A program made the position numbers and the translations under genes. From contig OZ244188.1 of NCBI GenBank assembly GCA_965216635.1, positions 1,184,001-1,248,000 on the forward strand: a stretch of DNA of 64,000 nucleotides, read 5' to 3'. This DNA is from a bacterium (GTDB taxonomy: Bacteria; SAR324; XYD2-FULL-50-16; G965216635). How positions within the stretch are numbered: position 1 is the first letter of the stretch; each line of letters starts with the position of its first letter. The notes beneath the pieces were generated by a model, which was not told where the DNA came from, did no database searches, and was given only the letters and a program-made list of their open reading frames with translations. Shown here in pieces: positions 40,626 to 50,268 of the stretch.

Positions 40626-43136
40626 TTATTTGATATAGGCGTTTAAAGAAATATAATCTTTTACATACATAGGAATAATATCACGCCAGCTGTTGAGAGC
40701 TTCGTATTCTGAAAAAGTAAAACCAGCATAATCTCTTGGAAATCTTTTTTGGTTTATTTCTGTTCTAAAATATTCATCTGCTACATAGGCTTTAATAAAG
40801 TTTTTGATATGCTGAATATATTTACTTTCAGGTTTATTAATAGAAATGAATTTTTCGCATTCTTCTTCTAGTTTTTCGTCTTTAGTTTTAAAATTGGTAA
40901 TCAAACCAAAAATTTTTTCTAAAACTTCACGCCAAGAAAGACGGCGGTCAAGGTTTTCAGTTTTGCGGAGTTTTTCAAGGGTTAAAAAAAGTTCTGGTTT
41001 GTTTTCGTATTTTTCTCGCATTATTTTTTCTACTTCATCCCATTTCTCGTTTTCTACTGCAAATTTTATTTGTTCGTCTTTTTGCAATGTTTCGCTTGCC
41101 TTTTCAAAAAGTTTGCGGTCTATTTTCATTCCAGCAGCACCAATAGCAGTTTCGGAGTGTGTTTTGATTTTATCAGGGTGAAATGTTTCAAACTCATCAA
41201 TGCTTATACCTATTTGCATCTCTCCTTGTTTTCCTTTTTGCTGGATTGGTAAATCTAAAACTTCATCATAATCAAATTTTTCTTCAAAATATTCACAGTT
41301 CGCAAAAAAATCAAAAAGTTTAAATTTAGTCTTTTCGTGTTTGTGTTTTTCTCCATTTTTATCAGTGTATTCAAAAATAAATTTTCTAGTGCCTCTACCT
41401 TTGATTTGGATAAAGTCTGTCGGTGAAAAAATTGGACGCATAAAAGCAAGGTTTAAAATATCTTCACAATCATAGCCTGTTGTCATCATTCCTACAGTAA
41501 CGCATACCCTTGTTTTGCTAGATTTATAATTTTCTAAAAATTTTGTTTTTCCATTAAGGTTGTTATTTGCAAATTTACTTGTAAATTTTCCAGCGTCTTC
41601 AATATTGGAAGTAACTTGTACCGCAAAATCAGAATTGTATTTTTTGGGGTAAAGTTGATGCGCTATTTTGTTCAAACTTTCTGTAATTTTGGAGGCGTGT
41701 TTTTGGCTGACACAAAAAATAATACTTTTGCCAATTTCATCACTTAGTGGGTCTTTCAGAGCGTTATCTAAAAATGTTTTACAAAAAACAGAATTAGTTT
41801 TTTCAGAAAAGAATTTTTTTTCAAAATCTCTTTGATAAAAAATTTGTTCTGTTTTTTCACAGTCTAGATTTTCTAACATCACTTCATAACCTTTTTCAGA
41901 AAGAAGTTTAGTTGTGATTTCTGTGCGGGCATCGGAGACAATAGGATTGATTAAAAATTTGTCTTGGACTCCAGCAAGTAGGCTATATCTAAAAGTTGGT
42001 TCACCATCGTTACAACCAAAGGTTGTGTAAGTATCCAAAAGTTGCCTCCGCTCCCAAGCTCTTGGATCTTTTTCGGACAATTCTTGCGGATTCACATTTT
42101 TAAGGTAATCTTTGGGAGTAGCGGTAAGTCCGAGTTTGTAACCAATAAAATACTCAAAAAGAGCCCTTGAATTTCCGTTAATGGCACGGTGAGATTCGTC
42201 TGCTATAACCAAATCAAAATCTGTTGGAGAGAAGAATCTTTTGTATTTGTTTTGTGCTATGAGGCTTTGCACAGTAGAAATAACAATTTCCGCTTTTTTC
42301 CAGTCATCACGGTTTTTTTTATAAATCAAAGTATGAAAGTCACTACTTAAATATTGCCTGAAATTTTTTTCAGCTTGCATTTCTAATTCTAAACGGTCAA
42401 CTAAAAATAAAATTCTCTTAGCATTTCCTGTTCGCAAAAAAAGTTTAATAATAGCAGCAGAAATAAGAGTTTTTCCTGTTCCTGTTGCCATTTCAAAAAG
42501 GAATTTATCTTTTCCTTTTTCAGCAGATTCTTGCAAAGAGTGAATAGACTTAAGTTGATAGGGTCGTAAAATTTTCAAACCTTTATCCCATAAATATTTT
42601 TCCCTTGTTGTTTCGTTTTTAAATTGAGGGTCATCTTTGAAATTTGGATTTTGCGAAAGTGCAATGTAATCATTATCTATTTTTTCATCTGCAAGCCGCT
42701 TATTATTAGGGCTAAAATCAAGTCGGTGTAATAAAGATTCTTGTGTTGGAAATTTTGTAATAATTTCAGGATTGCCTCTTTCTAAATCCCAAAAATAATG
42801 AAGATTGCCATTTGATAAAATAACAAACCGAGCATTTTCCGTTCTAGCATATTTTCGGGCTTGTTCTTTCCCGTCTAGCGGATCTTTTTCTTCTTTTTTT
42901 GCTTCTAAAATAACAAATGGAAAACCATTGTTATCTAAAAGTAAAAAATCAATATAGCCATCTTTAGTTGTTTCAAAATCCTCACCAAAAGCATCAATGT
43001 CTTTTTGAGTGATTTTTATATTGGATTCAAGTTGGATATTTGCCTTTTCTTCTTTAGTATCAAAAAATTGCCAGCCTGCTTCTTCAAGTAGCTTGTTTAT
43101 TTTTATTCTTGCTTTTGCTTCTTTTGTGTTTGCCAT
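40626..43136 (-). CDS. hsdR: Type I restriction endonuclease R subunit
   Basis: D...EAKK nuclease motif, MATGTGKT, DESHR, LTATP, TTGYD, QIKGRGTR. Confidence 0.93.
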   Translation of the reverse strand: MANTKEAKARIKINKLLEEAGWQFFDTKEEKANIQLESNIKITQKDIDAFGEDFETTKDGYIDFLLLDNNGFPFVILEAKKEEKDPLDGKEQARKYARTENARFVILSNGNLHYFWDLERGNPEIITKFPTQESLLHRLDFSPNNKRLADEKIDNDYIALSQNPNFKDDPQFKNETTREKYLWDKGLKILRPYQLKSIHSLQESAEKGKDKFLFEMATGTGKTLISAAIIKLFLRTGNAKRILFLVDRLELEMQAEKNFRQYLSSDFHTLIYKKNRDDWKKAEIVISTVQSLIAQNKYKRFFSPTDFDLVIADESHRAINGNSRALFEYFIGYKLGLTATPKDYLKNVNPQELSEKDPRAWERRQLLDTYTTFGCNDGEPTFRYSLLAGVQDKFLINPIVSDARTEITTKLLSEKGYEVMLENLDCEKTEQIFYQRDFEKKFFSEKTNSVFCKTFLDNALKDPLSDEIGKSIIFCVSQKHASKITESLNKIAHQLYPKKYNSDFAVQVTSNIEDAGKFTSKFANNNLNGKTKFLENYKSSKTRVCVTVGMMTTGYDCEDILNLAFMRPIFSPTDFIQIKGRGTRKFIFEYTDKNGEKHKHEKTKFKLFDFFANCEYFEEKFDYDEVLDLPIQQKGKQGEMQIGISIDEFETFHPDKIKTHSETAIGAAGMKIDRKLFEKASETLQKDEQIKFAVENEKWDEVEKIMREKYENKPELFLTLEKLRKTENLDRRLSWREVLEKIFGLITNFKTKDEKLEEECEKFISINKPESKYIQHIKNFIKAYVADEYFRTEINQKRFPRDYAGFTFSEYEALNSWRDIIPMYVKDYISLNAYIK

Positions 43137-43227
43137 AATTGGGTTTAAGAATTTTCTTATTCTGTATCAGATACTAAAGTAAAATTTTAAGTTTGTAAAA
43201 ACACCGAATTCAACTTACTTTATACTA

Positions 43228-43298
43228 TAGATTTTTTGAATTTGCTTATCTAGTTTAGCCCCAATAGTGGGTAAGCATCAGCGAAATTCAAAGGTCTA
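43228..43298. mobile_element. MITE-like element copy
   Basis: TAGATTTTTTGAATTTGC ... GCGAAATTCAAAGGTCTA. Confidence 0.6.
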
Positions 43299-43299
43299 C

Positions 43300-43643
43300 T
43301 ATTTTTTTGATTTGTTTTTCAAAATCAGAATCAATTTTTTGGGTTTTATTAAAGTCCTCATATTCAATAAAAGCTTTTTGTTCTGCTTGTTTATGAGAAA
43401 TTTTTCTTTGGTGTGTAAAATTTTGAAGTTGTTAAATTCTAAAAATTTATTCAAAGATTCAGCTAAATTTTCCATAGAAAATTCTCTTCTTTATTCAATT
43501 TGATTTTCAATATAATCAAAATAAACTGAAATTGTTCTTTCTAAATTTTTGATTTCTTTTTCGTTTAGATAATTTTTTGCAACGATAGTATCCGATTTTA
43601 AAACTCTACCTTTGGGTGAATTTTTTCAAGTTAAGAGTCCCAT
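43300..43643 (-). pseudogene. rhuM: RhuM-family C-terminal remnant
   Basis: Translates as MGLLT*KNSPKGRVLKSDTIVAKNYLNEKEIKNLERTISVYFDYIENQIE*..., frameshift, ...EYEDFNKTQKIDSDFEK. Confidence 0.8.
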
Positions 43644-43685
43644 TTTTTCTGCTTGATTTGCTGTTAATTTTGGAAGTTTAGGCAA
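43626..43685 (-). pseudogene. HicA toxin 5' stub fused to the rhuM remnant
   Basis: TTG overlapping the end of hicB gives MPKLPKLTANQAEKM, a typical HicA N-terminus, then runs into GLLT* of RhuM. Confidence 0.6.
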
Positions 43686-43896
43686 CGGAAATTTCCAGTG
43701 AAGTTGTGAATATTTCCTTACTTAAACAATGTTGTTTTTCTTCATAAGTTAATGTTTCTAAATAAAGTTCTACGGCTTCTTTAATATTTAGCAACACTTC
43801 ATCGAGAGAATCACCTTGTGTTTGGCAACACTTCATTTCAGGACAAAATGCGTAATATCCATACTTATCCTTTTCTATTACTATATTGGCTTTCAT
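43678..43896 (-). CDS. hicB: HicB-family antitoxin
   Basis: IVIEKD..GYYAFCPEM.CCQTQGDSLDEVLLNIKEAVELYLE. Confidence 0.88.
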   Translation of the reverse strand: MKANIVIEKDKYGYYAFCPEMKCCQTQGDSLDEVLLNIKEAVELYLETLTYEEKQHCLSKEIFTTSLEISVA

Positions 43897-44099
43897 GTTT
43901 TTTAGTTTGAAATAGACTAATACCAAATTTTAATAAAAAACACACTATAATTGATAAAATTTTCAATCTAAAAAACTTCTTAAAATAACTTGACAATTTA
44001 AGCTAAAAATGAAAAATATAATTTTTATGTTTATTGAATATTTAAGTCTATGAAAGAAAAACTGACTTGTATTTAAAAAATCTTCTTATAAAATTTTGA

Positions 44100-44339
44100 A
44101 TGAGCCCGACTGTTTTTAGAAAAAAAAACTATAGATTTTTTTTCTTTTCTAGATAATAAAAAAGAATGCATATTCATATTCATTCACCTGATGGAGAAGC
44201 AAAATTTTGGCTACTTCCAAACATTGAATTGGCTAAAAATCATGGTTTTACAGAGAAACAATTAAGAGAAATAAAATTTATCCTTAAACAACATTATGAT
44301 GAAATCAAACATAGCTGGGAAAAATATTTCAGAAATTGA
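44100..44339 (+). pseudogene. DUF4160-family putative toxin with two in-frame stops
   Basis: MSPTVFRKKNYRFFFFSR**KRMHIHIHSPDGEAKFWL...W.KYF; TAATAA at 44154-44159. Confidence 0.8.
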
Positions 44340-44559
44340 AATAACAAATATTTCTACTCACGGATTTTGGTTGTTTTGTAGAGACGAAGAATTTTTTATG
44401 CCCTATAAAAAATTTCCGTTTTTTAAAGAAGCACCGTTAAAGAAAATTTTAAATTTTCAAGAAATTTCTCCGAATCATTTTTATTGGCCCGACTTAGATG
44501 TTGATTTAGGAATGGAAATAATTCAAAACCCTGATAGATTTCCTTTAATAGCCAAATAA
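44296..44559 (+). CDS. DUF2442-family putative antitoxin
   Basis: EITNISTHGFWL, F.PY..FP.FK.A, YWPDLDVDL, PDRFPL. Confidence 0.85.
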   Translation: MMKSNIAGKNISEIEITNISTHGFWLFCRDEEFFMPYKKFPFFKEAPLKKILNFQEISPNHFYWPDLDVDLGMEIIQNPDRFPLIAK

Positions 44560-44749
44560 ATAGCTTTCTCTGGCTATAGTCCACTGAATTTGATTATTTA
44601 GAGACCTTTGAATTTGCTTATCTAGTAGCCTATGCAGAGTTTAAAAAAATAACTTGTCAAGTTATATTATTGGTTGTAGCTTTTATAGTAAGAGGTTCTT
44701 TTTAAGCTTTTTAATCTTTCATACAAAAAACAATTCTTAGACAGATTGA

Positions 44750-44894
44750 TTTTTCTTGTTTTCTTGGATTTGTTTTAGTTTCTCCCAATTTCTTTCTGCG
44801 ATGGCTTGGTTCTCTTCATTTTGAGTTTTTCTTGTTTTCTTGGATTTGTTTTAGTTTCTCCCAATTTCTTTCTGCGATGGCTTGGTTCTCTTCG
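44750..44894. repeat. About 68-bp direct repeat duplicating the 3' end of the pentapeptide gene
   Basis: TTTTTCTTGTTTTCTTGGATTTG...GGCTTGGTTCTCTTC occurs at about 44750-44817 and 44826-44894. Confidence 0.85.
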
Positions 44895-46417
44895 TTGTCT
44901 TCTAATATTCCAGTGATAATGTCTTTGGGTGTTGTATAGTCTGCTGCTTTATCTTTATTTTCTTCTATAATTTTTTGCATTTTTTGATGCCAATCAGTAG
45001 ATAAATATTTTTTGGCAGCTTCTATACTTTCTATAGCTTTTTCATCTAGCTTGCCTGAAAACAGCATATTCTCTAGTTCTGTTTTTTTACCAATACGGTC
45101 TTTGAAATTTTGGAAACTCTCTCCAGTGTAGGCTCCTTGACATTGTGCCCGAAAAAAAAATGCTTTTTGGCATTGTGCTTTATGAAAATCTGCTCCTTGA
45201 CATTGTGCTTTATGAAAATCTGCTCCTTGACATTGTGCTCCAGTGAAATTTGCATCTTGACATTGTGCCATTTTAAAATCTGCTCCTTGACATTGTGCGT
45301 CCGTAAAGTTTGCTCCTTGACATTGTGCAAAACTAAAATCTGCTCCTTGACATTGTGCTTGTCCAAAATCTGCTTCTTGGCATTGTGAATGATAAAATTT
45401 TGCTCCTTGACATTGTGTTTCAATAAAAATTGCTCTTTGACATTGTGCTTCAGTGAAATCTGCTCCTTGGCATTGTGCCCGAGAAAAAACAGCTCTTCGC
45501 ATCCGTCCGTGCTTAAAATCTGCTCCTTGACATTGTGCTTCAATGAAATTTGCTCCTTGGCATTGTGCTTGAGTAAAAGATACTTCTTGACATTGTGCTT
45601 GATCAAAATGTGCTCCTTGACATTGTGCGTACTTAAAATCTGCTCCTTGACATTGTGTTTCAATAAAAATTGCTCCTTGACATTGTGCTATAAAAAAATT
45701 AGCTCCTTGACATTGTGCCAGTTTAAAATCTGCTCCTTGACATTGTGCATTCATAAAGTTTGCTCTTTGACATTGTGCTTCAGTAAAATCTGCTTCTTGA
45801 CATTGTGCTTGAGTAAAAATTGCTCCTTTGCATTGTGCCGTACGAAAAATAGTCTTCACTAGATAAGCGTAGGCAAAATTGGCTTTTGGAAATTTTTCGT
45901 TTTGGGCAAAATCGTGGCAATAGATTCCAGTATTTCCGTTTTTATTTCTGACAAGCAAATCAATCGTAGTTTGGATTTCGTTGGAAGGTCTGTCTTTGTG
46001 GTTTTTTTGATATTCTTGCTCGTTAGTTTTGGAGCGGACATGCGAGCAGAGAATCTGAGCGACTTCTTTACGGTATTTTTCTTCTTCCAAAGCTAAATGG
46101 TAGAGCGAATAAATAGCCCCAGTGCGAGCAGAAGTTTCATTGCTTCCCAATAGATTGACCGCAGTTGTAAATCTTTCATCGGTTCGCTGTTCTATTTGCA
46201 AAACAATCTGCTTTTGTTGTAACGCAATTTGTTTGTCCTGCTTTTTTAATCTTTGATAAAAAAGATATAAACCAATAATAGCAATTACTCCACTAACAAC
46301 ACTGGTAATTGTGATTTTCATTTCTGTATCAATTAAACCACACCAAAAAAGCAAAAAAACACCTCCTATAATGATAATCCCACCCAAAACAACAGCAAAA
46401 ATTTTCAATAATTTCAT
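44816..46417 (-). CDS. Membrane-anchored pentapeptide-repeat protein, paralog 2
   Basis: Same ERFTTAV and C-terminal domains as 36840-38198, a different TM region, and 24 decapeptides. Confidence 0.88.
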   Translation of the reverse strand: MKLLKIFAVVLGGIIIIGGVFLLFWCGLIDTEMKITITSVVSGVIAIIGLYLFYQRLKKQDKQIALQQKQIVLQIEQRTDERFTTAVNLLGSNETSARTGAIYSLYHLALEEEKYRKEVAQILCSHVRSKTNEQEYQKNHKDRPSNEIQTTIDLLVRNKNGNTGIYCHDFAQNEKFPKANFAYAYLVKTIFRTAQCKGAIFTQAQCQEADFTEAQCQRANFMNAQCQGADFKLAQCQGANFFIAQCQGAIFIETQCQGADFKYAQCQGAHFDQAQCQEVSFTQAQCQGANFIEAQCQGADFKHGRMRRAVFSRAQCQGADFTEAQCQRAIFIETQCQGAKFYHSQCQEADFGQAQCQGADFSFAQCQGANFTDAQCQGADFKMAQCQDANFTGAQCQGADFHKAQCQGADFHKAQCQKAFFFRAQCQGAYTGESFQNFKDRIGKKTELENMLFSGKLDEKAIESIEAAKKYLSTDWHQKMQKIIEENKDKAADYTTPKDIITGILEDNEENQAIAERNWEKLKQIQENKKNSK

Positions 46418-46435
46418 AGTTAAATTTCCGAAATA

Positions 46436-46723
46436 TTATTTTATCGTTATAAATGGCAAAAAATATCTGATATTTTTTCCTTCAATAGTGGTATGTCGGA
46501 AATCCCGACTAACTGAATTTTCTTTTAACTCACCTTCTGTAAAAATATTTTTTAAATGCTTGGTTATAGTGCTTCTCCCTTTGGCAAAAAGTTCTGCTAT
46601 TTTTTTTTGGGTTAGCCATATATTTTCATCGTGCAAAAACGCCTCAATTTTCACATCACCGTTCGGTGCTGTGTAGAGCAGAAATTCTGTTAATTCATCT
46701 CTCGTAGTTATTTTTTTAGTCAT
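46436..46723 (-). pseudogene. rhuM: RhuM-family N-terminal fragment
   Basis: EFLLYTAPNGDVKIE...ENIWLTQKKIAELF...TITKHLKNIF.EGEL.ENSV; truncated at 95 aa. Confidence 0.8.
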
Positions 46724-46871
46724 AGTGGGTTGAAAAAAAAATTCTTATTTCTGTATAAATACTAAAACAAAATTTTAAGTTTGTAAAAACACCAAATTCA
46801 ACTTACGCTCAAATTACTTTATACTATAGTATCAAAAATCAATTAAATTTTTTAAAATTGAAATATAACCA

Positions 46872-48395
46872 ATGAATAAAACCAATTTACAGCAAACAGA
46901 TACCATCGTAGGCATGGCTACTGCTGTTGGAAAAGCGGGCGTTAATGTTATTCGTATGAGTGGAATCACTGCCCTCAGTAACATCCAAAAAATTTTTTAT
47001 TCTTCTAAAAATAGCCCAATAAAATCGCACCAGATAGAGTCGCACCAAATAGAGTCACACCAAATAAAACCGCACCAAATAAAATCACACCAAATAAAAC
47101 CGCACCAGATAAAACCGCACCAAATAAAACCACACCAAATAAAACCACACCAAATAAAATCACACAGGTTTTATCACGGATGGATAAAACACCAAGGGGA
47201 ATGGATAGACGAAGTATTAGTGGTATTTATGAAAGCTCCTCGTAGCTATACAAAAGAAGATGTTGTAGAAATTCATAGCCATGGCAATATTTTAATCGCA
47301 AACAGAATGTTGAAAATTTTACTTTCCTTAGGAGTAAAATTAGCAGAAAGGGGAGAATTTACTAAAAGAGCTTTTCTAAACGGAAGGATAGATTTGACAA
47401 AAGCAGAAGCCATAGGGCAGCTCGTTCAAGCGAAAAGTCTGGCGTCTTTATCCCAAGCTGTGAATCAACTGCAAGGCAAACTATTTGATAAAATTAGCTC
47501 TTTTAGAGAAAAAATTGCTTGGGTTTTGTCGCTCATTAATGCGCAGATTGACTTTATAGAAGAGGATGTTTTTTTTACCCATTTAAAGCAGGTTGAAAAA
47601 GATTTACAGAAAATCAACAAAGAATTAATTACTTTAATAGATACTGCTGAGCAGGGAAAAATAATCCAAGAAGGAGTGCGATTAGTTTTATTAGGGGCGG
47701 TAAATGTTGGCAAAAGTAGTCTAATGAATGCTTTGCTAAAAGAGGAGCGTTCTATTGTCACTTCCACCGCTGGAACTACAAGGGATTTTATAGAAGAAAG
47801 TATTTCAATTCAAAATATTCTTTTTTATCTTACAGATACCGCTGGTATTCGCACAGCAAACTCGCTTATAGAAAAATTAGGCATTGAAAGAAGCTACCAA
47901 ATAGCACAAAAAGCGGATGCCATCCTGTGGGTCGTGGATTCTAGCAAACCTGATTTTTCTATAAATTTTCAAAAACTACCAGCTAATATTCCTATTTTAT
48001 TGGTTTGTAATAAAACCGATTTACGAAAAATAGATAAAGCAGAAATTCCCAAAGAATATCAAATTTTTCCCTGTGTGTCAGTTTCTGCACTGCAAAAAAA
48101 TAATTGCCAAAAAAACACCATCCCAAAACTAGAAACTGCCATTTATCAGTTGATCTTTGACAAAGACTTTTCTCACCAGTCTTTGATGCTTACCAATCAA
48201 AGACAAAAACAAGCAGCTATTGAAACTCAAAAATCCATTCATTCTGCTTTACAAATATTAAAAAAAAAAGCTAGCGAAGAAATAATTGCAGAGGATTTAA
48301 AAAATGCTTTGTATAGTCTGGGGCTCATTGTGGGAGAAACTACAACCGAAGATCTGTTAGATAATATTTTTTCTAATTTTTGTATTGGAAAATAA
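46872..48395 (+). CDS. mnmE: tRNA modification GTPase MnmE, with a repeat insertion
   Basis: PRSYT.EDVVEI..HG, GEFTKRAFLNGRIDL, NVGKSSL, GTTRD, DTAG, FCIGK. Confidence 0.97.
   Translation: MNKTNLQQTDTIVGMATAVGKAGVNVIRMSGITALSNIQKIFYSSKNSPIKSHQIESHQIESHQIKPHQIKSHQIKPHQIKPHQIKPHQIKPHQIKSHRFYHGWIKHQGEWIDEVLVVFMKAPRSYTKEDVVEIHSHGNILIANRMLKILLSLGVKLAERGEFTKRAFLNGRIDLTKAEAIGQLVQAKSLASLSQAVNQLQGKLFDKISSFREKIAWVLSLINAQIDFIEEDVFFTHLKQVEKDLQKINKELITLIDTAEQGKIIQEGVRLVLLGAVNVGKSSLMNALLKEERSIVTSTAGTTRDFIEESISIQNILFYLTDTAGIRTANSLIEKLGIERSYQIAQKADAILWVVDSSKPDFSINFQKLPANIPILLVCNKTDLRKIDKAEIPKEYQIFPCVSVSALQKNNCQKNTIPKLETAIYQLIFDKDFSHQSLMLTNQRQKQAAIETQKSIHSALQILKKKASEEIIAEDLKNALYSLGLIVGETTTEDLLDNIFSNFCIGK
47019..47168 (+). 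repeat. 10 x 15-bp in-frame tandem repeat (I[KE][SP]HQ) in mnmE
   Basis: ATAAAACCGCACCAA-type units. Confidence 0.95.
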
Positions 48396-48434
48396 ATTTT
48401 TGTATATTGCAGTTTGTTTTAAAACCTAGTTTGC

Positions 48435-49337
48435 TTATTTTAGATGGCAGTTAATCTGCTCTCTCCAAAAACAAGCTAACTCTTTTTGTTGTTGGCTGAT
48501 TTTTTTTTGAGAGTGAGAATTTTTTTGTCCAATTTTTTTGGAGAGGGGAAACATTAAAGAACGAGACAAACTAAAAAGACATCTTTTTAAATCTATTTTA
48601 GAAGCAGCAAAGTCTTCTATTTTTCCAGACTGAGCCCCTAAACCCGGCACCAGGTAAAGCGGTTTTTCTGCTTCTGGTAAATCACTCAAAGAAGTCAATC
48701 GCAGAAAATTTTGTAAATCATTATCTGTTGGTTTATAAGTAGCTCCCAAAACAAACCCGTCTACTTTTGCTTCCATTGCTATTTTTACTCGGTATTCATA
48801 AAGTTTTATTCCTTTAGAATTGGTAAAACTCATTTCTGTTTTAAATTCAGGGTTGCTCATCAACCCCATAGTAAAAACCGCAAGTTTTTTTCTGTGTGCT
48901 AGCTCTATGGATTGTTGCGAATTTCCCGCATAAGCAGCAATAGTGATAGCATCTGCTCCGAGTATTTGAGCGTAGTGCATCCAAGCATCGTTTGTAGAGC
49001 CTATATCGGAATACTTGGCGTCCAGCAAAAATAGCAATTCTTTTTTTTTGCATAATTTGGCTAATTCGGACAAAGCTTCTCCGTCTGTTTTATCTTGCCA
49101 ATAGGCTAGGTTGATTTTTATACCTACACAAAAATCTGCGACTGCCTCTATAAAATCTAAACTGAATTGCAATTTTTTTTCTCTATTGGGATAGTTATTA
49201 TTGGGGTGGTTATTATTGGGATAGTTATTGGGACTGCCTTCGTTCCCGCTCATTTCCTTTGTTGCTGTATCTACTCCAGCTAGTAGCAAAGAATTTTTTG
49301 CCTTAGATAGTTCGTGAAATTTTTGCTTAAAATTCAT
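48435..49337 (-). CDS. pyrF: Orotidine-5'-phosphate decarboxylase
   Basis: GVD, GIKINLAY, LDAKYSDIGSTN, SNP, VLGAT, LVPGLGAQ, SRS; probable start MNFKQKF. Confidence 0.9.
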   Translation of the reverse strand: MNFKQKFHELSKAKNSLLLAGVDTATKEMSGNEGSPNNYPNNNHPNNNYPNREKKLQFSLDFIEAVADFCVGIKINLAYWQDKTDGEALSELAKLCKKKELLFLLDAKYSDIGSTNDAWMHYAQILGADAITIAAYAGNSQQSIELAHRKKLAVFTMGLMSNPEFKTEMSFTNSKGIKLYEYRVKIAMEAKVDGFVLGATYKPTDNDLQNFLRLTSLSDLPEAEKPLYLVPGLGAQSGKIEDFAASKIDLKRCLFSLSRSLMFPLSKKIGQKNSHSQKKISQQQKELACFWREQINCHLK

Positions 49338-50268
49338 TTTTTTTTTTTGTGAGAATTTTAAACAAAGCCATCCTGACATAAAGTCCATTTTTTACCTGTT
49401 CAAAGTATTTGGCTCTAGGATCTAGGTCTATTTCTGGACTAATTTCATCTACTCTCGGCAAGGGGTGTAGTATGATAGCTTTGGATTTTAGAAGTTTTAT
49501 ATTTTGAGAGTTCAGAATAATTTTACCTTTAGCCTGTTCGTATTCCTCTGGATTGTGAAATCTTTCTTTTTGGATTCGGGTAATATAACAAATATCTGTT
49601 TCTGCTAATACTTCTTCTATTTCTTCTGTTTCAAAAAAAGAGATTTTCTTTTGCTTTAAATCAGCTTTTATGGAGGGACTGATTTTAGAGTTTGGCGGGC
49701 TAACAAAAAAAAATTTATTCCCTGAAAACTTACTCAGCAAATGAATTAAAGAATTGCAAGTTCGTCCCCGTAATAAATCTCCTACAATGGTAATATTGAG
49801 GCCCGACAAAGAAGAGAAATAAGATTCTATGGTGTAGGTATCTAGCAAAGTTTGAGTGGGGTGGTAAGCACGTCCCGAACCTGCGTTGATGATGGGGACA
49901 GCGGATCCTTTTGTGATTTTATCAATATCATCCTCGTAGTGCCGTAAAATAATAAAATCAGCGTAATGAGAAATCACCCGTATGGTATCCTCTAAAGTTT
50001 CTCCCTTAGTCGCCGAAGAAAATTGACTAGCATTTTCTGTAGTAATACAACTACCGCCAAGTTTAATCATAGCGCTTTCAAAAGACATCCTAGTTCTAGT
50101 AGAGGCTTCATAAAATAGCATAGCTGCTATTTTTCCTCGCAGGTCGTCTTTGAAAGCAAGGGGCTCTTTTTTGATTCTTTCCGTCAAATCAAAAAGCTCT
50201 TTTAAAAAATCCACCCCGAATTGATGGGATTTTATTATATGTTGGTAGGGACTTATTTCGTTATCCAT
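49327..50268 (-). CDS. pyrB: Aspartate carbamoyltransferase catalytic subunit
   Basis: FYEASTRTRMSF, KGETLEDT, HPTQTLLD, TRIQKER, HPLPR. Confidence 0.97.
   Translation of the reverse strand: MDNEISPYQHIIKSHQFGVDFLKELFDLTERIKKEPLAFKDDLRGKIAAMLFYEASTRTRMSFESAMIKLGGSCITTENASQFSSATKGETLEDTIRVISHYADFIILRHYEDDIDKITKGSAVPIINAGSGRAYHPTQTLLDTYTIESYFSSLSGLNITIVGDLLRGRTCNSLIHLLSKFSGNKFFFVSPPNSKISPSIKADLKQKKISFFETEEIEEVLAETDICYITRIQKERFHNPEEYEQAKGKIILNSQNIKLLKSKAIILHPLPRVDEISPEIDLDPRAKYFEQVKNGLYVRMALFKILTKKKNEF

Noticed and set aside
43500..44160. Stop-codon reassignment (TGA at a Trp site in rhuM; TAATAA in DUF4160)
   Set aside because: TAA and TGA terminate many intact conserved genes here and Trp is encoded by TGG, so pseudogenisation is simpler.
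45130..45840. CRISPR-like pattern of a constant 18-mer with variable 12-mers (also 37155-37505)
   Set aside because: The 30-bp period is in frame within pentapeptide ORFs, the spacers are far too short, and there are no cas genes.
36840..46830. Prophage or ICE
   Set aside because: No integrase, structural, replication or conjugation genes were found.
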